DNA of 64,000 bases from the human T2T-CHM13v2.0 reference genome, Homo sapiens. The translations under genes and the position numbers were made by a program. The notes under the pieces are model-generated. The model saw nothing but the letters and a program-made list of their open reading frames with translations. It was not told where the DNA came from and made no database searches. The DNA lies in assembly GCF_009914755.1 (NCBI RefSeq), contig NC_060939.1; one strand, 5' to 3'. Shown here in pieces: positions 55,601 through 64,000 of the stretch. Each line of letters opens with the position of its first letter. Position 1 is the stretch's first letter.

Positions 55601-58600
55601 CCATTCAATTCCATTCCATTTGATTCCATTCCACTCGGTTTCATTCCATTTGAGTCCACTCCATTCCATTCCATTCCATTCCATTCAGTTCCATTCCATT
55701 CTATTCCATTCCATTCCGTTCCATTACATTCCATTCCATTCGGTACCATTCCATATTGTTCCATTCGATTCCATTCGAATCCATTCCATTCCAGTCCATT
55801 CCATTCGATTCCATTCCATTCATTTCAATTCCATTCCATTCCATTCCATTACATTCCACTTGATTCCTCTCCATTCCCTTCCACTGCATTCCGTTCGATT
55901 CCATTCCATTGCATTGCATTCCATTCCATTGGATTGCATTCCATTCGATTCCATTCCATTCGAATCAATTACATAGCAATCCATTACATTCGAGTCTATT
56001 CTATTCCGTTCCATTCGATTTCGTTCCAATCCATTCGATTCCATTCCATTCGATTCCATTCCATACTATTGCATTCCATTCGATGACATTATATTCGAAT
56101 AAGTTCCATTCAAGACCATTTCTTTTGAGTCCATTCTATTTGAGTCCATTCCCTTTGATTCCATAACATTTGAGTCCATTCAATTCCATTCCTTTCGTTT
56201 CCATTCCATTTGATGCCATTCCATTCAATTCTGTTCTACTCGACTCCAATACATTCAATTCCATTCCATCCGATTCCATTACATTCTTTTCATTTCTTAT
56301 CCATTTCAAGCCATTCCACTCCATTCCATTCCACTCGTTTCCTTTCCATTCGAGTCCATTCCTCTCCAGTCCATTCCGTTCAATCCATTCCATTCCAGTC
56401 CATTCCATTCGAGTCCGTTCCATTCCAGTCCATTCCATTCGAGTCAATTCCATCCCATTCGATGTCTTTCCATAACGATCCATTCCATTCTATTCCTTTC
56501 GATTCCATTCCATTCTATTTCATTCCATTCGATTCCCTTCCATTGGACTCCTTTCCATTCGAGTGCATTCCATTCCGTTCCATTTCTTTCCGTTCTGTAC
56601 GATTCCTACCGTTCGATTTCATTTTGTTCCAGTCCATTCCTTTCGCGTCCATTCCATTCCATTTCACTCCATTCGATTCCATTCCACTCGATTCCACTTC
56701 GTTCCATTTCATTGCATTCCATTCTATTCAACTCTATTGCCTTCCATTCCATTCCATTCGATTACATTCCATGCGATTCCATTCGAAATCGAATCAATTA
56801 CATTGCAATCCATTACTATTGAGTCCGTTTTATTCCAGTCCACTGCATTCTGGTCCATTCCATTTGATTCCATTCCATTCTATTCCATTCCATACAGTTG
56901 CATTCCATTGGATTCCATGCTATATCTATAAATTCAATTCGAGACCATTGCTTTTGAGTCCATTCTATATGATTCCATTCCATTCAAGTCCATTACATTT
57001 GGTTCAATTCCATTCCATTCCATTCCCTTCCATTCCATTCCAATTGATATCAATCCATTCGATTCCATTCCATTCGAGCACATTCCATTCGAGTCCATTC
57101 CATTCGATGCCATTCCATTTGATTCTATTCCATTAGTCTCCATTCAATTCCATTAATCTCCATTCCATTCCATTCTACTCCAACTGATTCCATTCCATTC
57201 TATTCCTTTCCATTCCATTCCATTCCATTCCATTCCATTTCATTCCATTCCATTCCATTCGTGTCCATTCCACTCCAGTCCATTCCATTCGTGTCCATTC
57301 CATTCCAGTCCATTCCATTTGTGTCCACTGCATTCCATTCCACTCCATTCCATATTATTCCATTACACTCCATTCCATTCTATTACTTTCATTTCCATTC
57401 AATTCCATTCCATTTGATTCCATTCCACTCGGTTTCATTCCATTTGAGTCCACTCCATTCCATTCCATTCCATTCCATTCAGTTCCATTCCATTCTGTTC
57501 CATTCCATTCCGTTCCATTACATTCCATTCCATTCGGTACCATTCCATATTGTTCCATTCGATTCCATTCGAATCCATTCCATTCCAGTCCATTCCATTC
57601 GATTCCATTCCATTCATTTCAATTCCATTCCATTCCATTCCATTACATTCCACTTGATTCCTCTCCATTCCCTTCCACTGCATTCCGTTCGATTCCATTC
57701 CATTGCATTGCATTCCATTCCATTGGATTGCATTCCATTCGATTCCATTCCATTCGAATCAATTACATAGCAATCCATTACATTCGAGTCTATTCTATTC
57801 CGTTCCATTCGATTTCGTTCCAATCCATTCGATTCCATTCCATTCGATTCCATTCCATACTATTGCATTCCATTCGATTACATTATATTCGAATAAGTTC
57901 CATTCAAGACCATTTCTTTTGAGTCCATTCTATTTGAGTCCATTCCCTTTGATTCCATAACATTTGAGTCCATTCAATTCCATTCCTTTCGTTTGCATTC
58001 CATTTGATGCCATTCCATTCAATTCTGTTCTACTCGACTCCAATACATTCAATTCCATTCCATCCGATTCCATTACATTCTTTTCATTTCTTATCCATTT
58101 CAAGCCATTCCACTCCACTCCATTCCACTCGTTTCCTTTCCATTCGAGTCCATTCCTCTCCAGTCCATTCCGTTCAATCCATTCCATTCCAGTCCATTCC
58201 ATTCGAGTCCGTTCCATTCCAGTCCATTCCATTCGAGTCAATTCCATTCCATTCGATGTCTTTCCATAACGATCCATTCCATTCTATTCCTTTCGATTCC
58301 ATTCCATTCTATTTCATTCCATTCGATTCCCTTCCATTGGACTCCTTTCCATTCGAGTGCATTCCATTCCGTTCCATTTCTTTCCGTTCTGTACGATTCC
58401 TACCGTTCGATTTCATTTTGTTCCAGTCCATTCCTTTCGCGTCCATTCCATTCCATTTCACTCCATTCGATTCCATTCCACTCGATTCCACTTCGTTCCA
58501 TTTCATTGCATTCCATTCTATTCAACTCTATTGCCTTCCATTCCATTCCATTCGATTACATTCCATGCGATTCCATTCGAAATCGAATCAATTACATTGC

Positions 58601-59767
58601 AATCCATTACTATTGAGTCCGTTTTATTCCAGTCCACTGCATTCTGGTCCATTCCATTTTATTCCATTCCATTTTATTCCATTCCATACAGTTGCATTCC
58701 ATTGGATTCCATGCTATATCTATAAATTCAATTCGAGACCATTGCTTTTGAGTCCATTCTATATGTTTCCATCCCATTCAAGTCCATTACTTTTGGTTCA
58801 ATTCCATTCCATTCCATTCCCTTCCATTCCATTCCAGTTGATATCAATCCATTCGATTCCATTCCATTCGAGCACATTCCATTCGAGTCCATTCCATTCG
58901 ATGCCATTCCATTTGATTCTATTCCATTAGTCTCCATTCAATTCCATTAATCTCCATTCCATTCCATTCTACTCCAACTGATTCCATTCCATTCTATTCC
59001 TTTCCATTCCATTTCATTCCATTCCATTCCATTTCATTCCATTCCATTCCATTCGCTTCCATTCCATTCGTATCCATTCCACTCCAGTCCATTCCATTCG
59101 TGTCCATTCCATTCCAGTCCATTCCATTTGTGTCCACTGCATTCCATTCCACTCCATTCCATGTTATTCCATTACACTCCATTCCATTCTATTACTTTCA
59201 TTTCCATTCAATTCCATTCCATTTGATTCCATTCCACTCGGTTTCATTCCATTTGAATCCACTCCATTCTATTCCATTCCATTCCATTCAGTTCCATTCT
59301 ATTCTGTTCTATTCCATTCCGTTCCATTGCATTCCATTCCATTCGGTACCTTTCCATATTGTTCCATTCGATTCCATTCGAATCCATTCCATTCCAGTCC
59401 ATTCCATTCGATTCCATTCCATTCCTTTCAATTCCATTCCATTCCATTCCATTCCACTTGATTCCACTCCATTCCCTTCCACTGCATTCCATTCGATTCC
59501 GTTCCATTGCATTGCGTTCCATTCCATTGGACTGCATTCCATTCGATTCCATTCCATTCGAATCAGTTACATAGCAATCCATTACATTCGAGTCTATTCT
59601 ATTCCGTTCCATTCGATTTCATTCCAATCCATTCGATTCCATTCCATTCGATTCCATTCCATACTATTGCATTCCATTCGATTACATTATATTCGAATAA
59701 GTTCCATTCAAGACCATTTCTTTTGATTCCATTCTATTTGAGTCCATTCCCTTTGATTCCATAACAT
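34692..59767 (+). repeat. Degenerate ~7.15-7.18 kb four-monomer periodicity
   Basis: Shared variants recur at four-unit spacing: GAATTC at 41254/48405; GAAGCAATT in U27/U31; CATCCC in U20/24/28/32; GTCCCCTG in U23/27/31. Confidence 0.6.
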
Positions 59768-62700
59768 TTGAGTCCATTCAATTCCATTCCTTTCGTTTCC
59801 ATTCCATTTGATGCCATTCCATTCAATTCTGTTCTACTCGACTCCAATACATTCAATTCCATTCCATCCGATTCCATTACATTCTTTTCATTTCTTATCC
59901 ATTTCAAGCCATTCCACTCCATTCCATTCCACTCGTTTCCTTTCCATTCGAGTCCATTCCTCTCCAGTCCATTCCGTTCAATCCATTCCATTCCAGTCCA
60001 TTCCATTCAAGTCCGTTCCATTCCAGTCCATTCCATTCGAGTCAATTCCATCCCATTCGATGTCTTTCCATAACGATCCATTCCATTCTATTCCTTTCGA
60101 TTCCATTCCATTCTATTTCATTCCATTCGATTCCCTTCCATTGGACTCCTTTCCATTCGAGTGCATTCCATTCCGTTCCATTTCTTTCCGTTCTGTACGA
60201 TTCCTACCGTTCGATTTCATTTTGTTCCAGTCCATTCCTTTCGCGTCCATTCCATTCCATTTCACTCCATTCGATTCCATTCCACTCGATTCCACTTCGT
60301 TCCATTTCATTGCATTCCATTCTATTCAACTCTATTGCCTTCCATTCCATTCCATTCGATTACATTCCATGCGATTCCATTCGAAATCGAATCAATTACA
60401 TTGCAATCCATTACTATTGAGTCCATTTTATTCCAGTCCACTGCATTCTGGTCCATTCCATTTGATTCCATTCCATTCTATTCCATTCCATACAGTTGCA
60501 TTCCATTGGATTCCATTCTATATCTATAAATTCAATTCGAGACCATTGCTTTTGAGTCCATTCTATATGATTCCATTCCATTCAAGTCCATTACATTTGG
60601 TTCAATTCCATTCCATTCCATTCCCTTCCATTCCATTCCAGTTGATATCAATCCATTCGATTCCATTCCATTCGAGCACATTCCATTCGAGTCCATTCCA
60701 TTCGATGCCATTCCATTTGATTCTATTCCATTAGTCTCCATTCAATTCCATTAATCTCCATTCCATTCCATTCTACTCCAACTGATTCCATTCCATTCTA
60801 TTCCTTTCCATTCCATTTCATTCCATTCCATTCCATTTCATTCCATTCCATTCCATTCGCTTCCATTCCATTCGTGTCCATTCCATTCCAGTCCATTCCA
60901 TTTGTGTCCACTGCATTCCATTCCACTCCATTCCATATTATTCCATTACACTCCCTTCCATTCTATTACTTTCATTTCCATTCAATTCCATTCCATTTGA
61001 TTCCATTCCACTCGGTTTCATTCCATTTGAGTCCACTCCATTCCATTCCATTCCATTCCATTCAGTTCCATTCCATTCTGTTCCATTCCATTCCGTTCCA
61101 TTGCATTCCATTCCATTCGGTACCATTCCATATTGTTCCATTCGATTCCATTCGAATCCATTCCATTCCAGTCCATTCCATTCCATTCCATTCCATTCCA
61201 CTTGATTCCACTCCATTCCCTTCCACTGCATTCCATTCGATTCCATTCCATTGCATTGCATTCCATTCCATTGGACTGCATTCCATTCGATTCCATTCCA
61301 TTCGAATCAATTACATAGCAATCCATTACATTCGAGTCTATTCTATTCCGTTCCATTCGATTTCGTTCCAATCCATTCGATTCCATTCCATTCGATTCCA
61401 TTCCATACTATTGCATTCCATTCGATTACATTATATTCGAATAAGTTCCATTCAAGACCATTTCTTTTGAGTCCATTCTATTTGAGTCCATTCCCTTTGA
61501 TTCCATAACATTTGAGTCCATTCAATTCCATTCCTTTCGTTTGCATTCCATTTGATGCCATTCCATTCAATTCTGTTCTACTCGACTCCAATACATTCAA
61601 TTCCATTCCATCCGATTCCATTACATTCTTTTCATTTCTTATCCATTTCAAGCCATTCCACTCCACTCCATTCCACTCGTTTCCTTTCCATTCGAGTCCA
61701 TTCCTCTCCAGTCCATTCCGTTCAATCCATTCCATTCCAGTCCATTCCATTCGAGTCCGTTCCATTCCAGTCCATTCCATTCGAGTCAATTCCATTCCAT
61801 TCAATGTCTTTCCATAACGATCCATTCCATTCTATTCCTTTCGATTCCATTCCATTCTATTTCATTCCATTCGATTCCCTTCCATTGGACTCCTTTATAT
61901 TCGAGTGCATTCCATTCCGTTCCATTTCTTCCCGTTCTGTACGATTCCTACCGTTCGATTTCATTTTGTTCCAGTCCATTCCTTTCGCGTCCATTCCATT
62001 CCATTTCACTCCATTCGATTCCATTCCACTCGATTCCACTTCGTTCCATTTCATTGCATTCCGTTCTATTCAACTCTATTGCCTTCCATTCCATTCCATT
62101 CGATTACATTCCATGCGATTCCATTCGAAATCGAATCAATTACATTGCAATCCATTACTATTGAGTCCGTTTTATTCCAGTCCACTGCATTCTGGTCCAT
62201 TCCATTTGATTCCATTCCATTTTATTCCATTCCATACAGTTGCATTCCATTGGATTCCATGCTATATCTATAAATTCAATTCGAGACCATTGCTTTTGAG
62301 TCCATTCTATATGTTTCCATTCCATTCAAGTCCATTACATTTGGTTCAATTCCATTCCATTCCATTCCCTTCCATTCCATTCCAGTTGATATCAATCCAT
62401 TCGATTCCATTCCATTCGAGCACATTCCATTCGAGTCCATTCCATTCGATGCCATTCCATTTGATTCTATTCCATTAGTCTCCATTCAATTCCATTAATC
62501 TCCATTCCATTCCATTCTACTCCAACTGATTCCATTCCATTCTATTCCTTTCCATTCCATTTCATTCCATTCCATTCCATTTCATTCCATTCCATTCCAT
62601 TCGCTTCCATTCCATTCGTGTCCATTCCACTCCAGTCCATTCCATTCGTGTCCATTCCATTCCAGTCCATTCCATTTGTGTCCACTGCATTCCATTCCAC

Positions 62701-64000
62701 TCCATTCCATATTATTCCATTACACTCCATTCCATTCTATTACTTTCATTTCCATTCAATTCCATTCCATTTGATTCCATTCCACTCGGTTTCATTCCAT
62801 TTGAATCCACTCCATTCCATTCCATTCCATTCCACTCAGTTCCATTCTATTCTGTTCCATTCCATTCCGTTCCATTGCATTCCATTCCATTCGGTACCAT
62901 TCCATATTGTTCCATTCGATTCCATTCGAATCCATTCCATTCCAGTCCATTCCATTCGATTCCATTCCATTCCTTTCAATTCCATTCCATTCCATTCCAT
63001 TCCATTCCACTTGATTCCACTCCATTCCCTTCCACTGCATTCCATTCTATTCCATTCCATTGCATTGCGTTCCATTCCATTGGACTGCATTCCATTCGAT
63101 TCCATTCCATTCGAATCAATTACATAGCAATCCATTACATTCGAGTCTATTCTATTCCGTTCCATTCGATTTCATTCCAATCCATTCGATTCCATTCCAT
63201 TCGATTCCATTCCATACTATTGCATTCCATTCGATTACATTATATTCGAATAAGTTCCATTCAAGACCATTTCTTTTGAGTCCATTCTATTTGAGTCCAT
63301 TCCCTTTGATTCCATAACCTTTGAGTCCATTCAATTCCATTCCTTTCGTTTCCATTCCATTTGATGCCATTCCATTCAATTCTGTTCTACTCGACTCCAA
63401 TACATTCAATTCCATTCCATCCGATTCCATTACATTCTTTTCATTTCTTATCCATTTCAAGCCATTCCACTCCACTCCATTCCACTCGTTTCCTTTCCAT
63501 TCGAGTCCATTCCTCTCCAGTCCATTCCGTTCAATCCATTCCATTCCAGTCCATTCCATTCGAGTCCGTTCCATTCCAGTCCATTCCATTCGAGTCAATT
63601 CCATTCCATTCAATGTCTTTCCATAACGATCCATTCCATTCTATTCCTTTCGATTCCATTCCATTCTATTTCATTCCATTCGATTCCCTTCCATTGGACT
63701 CCTTTATATTCGAGTGCATTCCATTCCGTTCCATTTCTTTCCGTTCTGTACGATTCCTACCGTTCGATTTCATTTTGTTCCAGTCCATTCCTTTCGCGTC
63801 CATTCCATTCCATTTCACTCCATTCGATTCCATTCCACTCGATTCCACTTCGTTCCATTTCATTGCATTCCGTTCTATTCAACTCTATTGCCTTCCATTC
63901 CATTCCATTCGATTACATTCCATGCGATTCCATTCGAAATCGAATCAATTACATTGCAATCCATTACTATTGAGTCCGTTTTATTCCAGTCCACTGCATT

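Larger units (their letters stand above)
1..64000 (+). repeat. Satellite III (HSat3) array; diverged (CATTC)n with the C-rich strand on +, ~35.4 tandem ~1.8 kb monomers
   Basis: CATTC pentamers and single-base variants (GATTC, CATTT, CAGTC, GAGTC) run continuously from base 1 to 64000. Distinctive non-consensus motifs (e.g. CTGTACGATTCCTACCG, GAAATCGAATC, GATATC, GGTACC) recur every ~1.8 kb. No unique sequence or strand switch was seen. Confidence 0.98.
1..64000 (+). repeat. Probable D15Z1 / HSat3A5-type array (human chr15 short arm/pericentromere, or great-ape orthologue)
   Basis: 1.8 kb period, one KpnI site per monomer, and pentameric satellite III composition. D15Z1 is known as a 1.8 kb KpnI satellite III repeat. 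Assignment is from recall, not from alignment. Confidence 0.75.

Noticed and set aside
1-64000. HSat2 (e.g. chr1q12 ~1.8 kb repeat)
   Set aside because: The sequence keeps strict pentamer register with long CATTC runs and lacks the ~23-26 bp GATGATTCC-containing units typical of HSat2.
1-64000. CRISPR array, programmed variable cassette or other prokaryote-type system
   Set aside because: There are no unique spacers and no associated genes. Variation between units is point mutation, pentamer indel and recombination typical of satellite turnover.
1-64000. Transposon insertions, inversions, alpha satellite or CENP-B boxes
   Set aside because: None seen by eye. No poly(A) tract, target-site duplication, GGAAT-oriented segment or 171 bp unit was found.

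Overview
The whole 64 kb window is one uninterrupted, single-orientation array of classical satellite III (HSat3-type) DNA. It consists of diverged (CATTC)n/(GGAAT)n pentamers organised into about 35.4 tandem monomers of ~1.8 kb (spacings 1744-1809 bp, plus one of 2439 bp). Each monomer carries one KpnI site (GGTACC) and one EcoRV site (GATATC). A 1.8 kb KpnI satellite III unit matches what is known of human D15Z1/HSat3A5 on chromosome 15p; this assignment is an inference and no database search was run. I see no genes, RNA genes, transposons, CRISPR arrays or inversions. All ORFs in the track are by-products of translating the pentamer. I did not find a new gene-based biological system. The real information is a nested repeat architecture. 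(1) The monomer is itself an ancient dimer of diverged ~0.9 kb halves. (2) Monomer lengths are almost always 5n-1. (3) Two haplotypes of the monomer's second half are interspersed. (4) Several local higher-order repeats exist: ~3.6 kb dimers and a degenerate ~7.2 kb tetramer. (5) There is a 660 bp chimeric partial duplication, several chimeric junction units and some mutation clusters. (6) One CpG per monomer becomes a DUX4-consensus site when deaminated. Unit numbering: U1 starts at 15, U2 at 1804, and so on to U36 at 63321.
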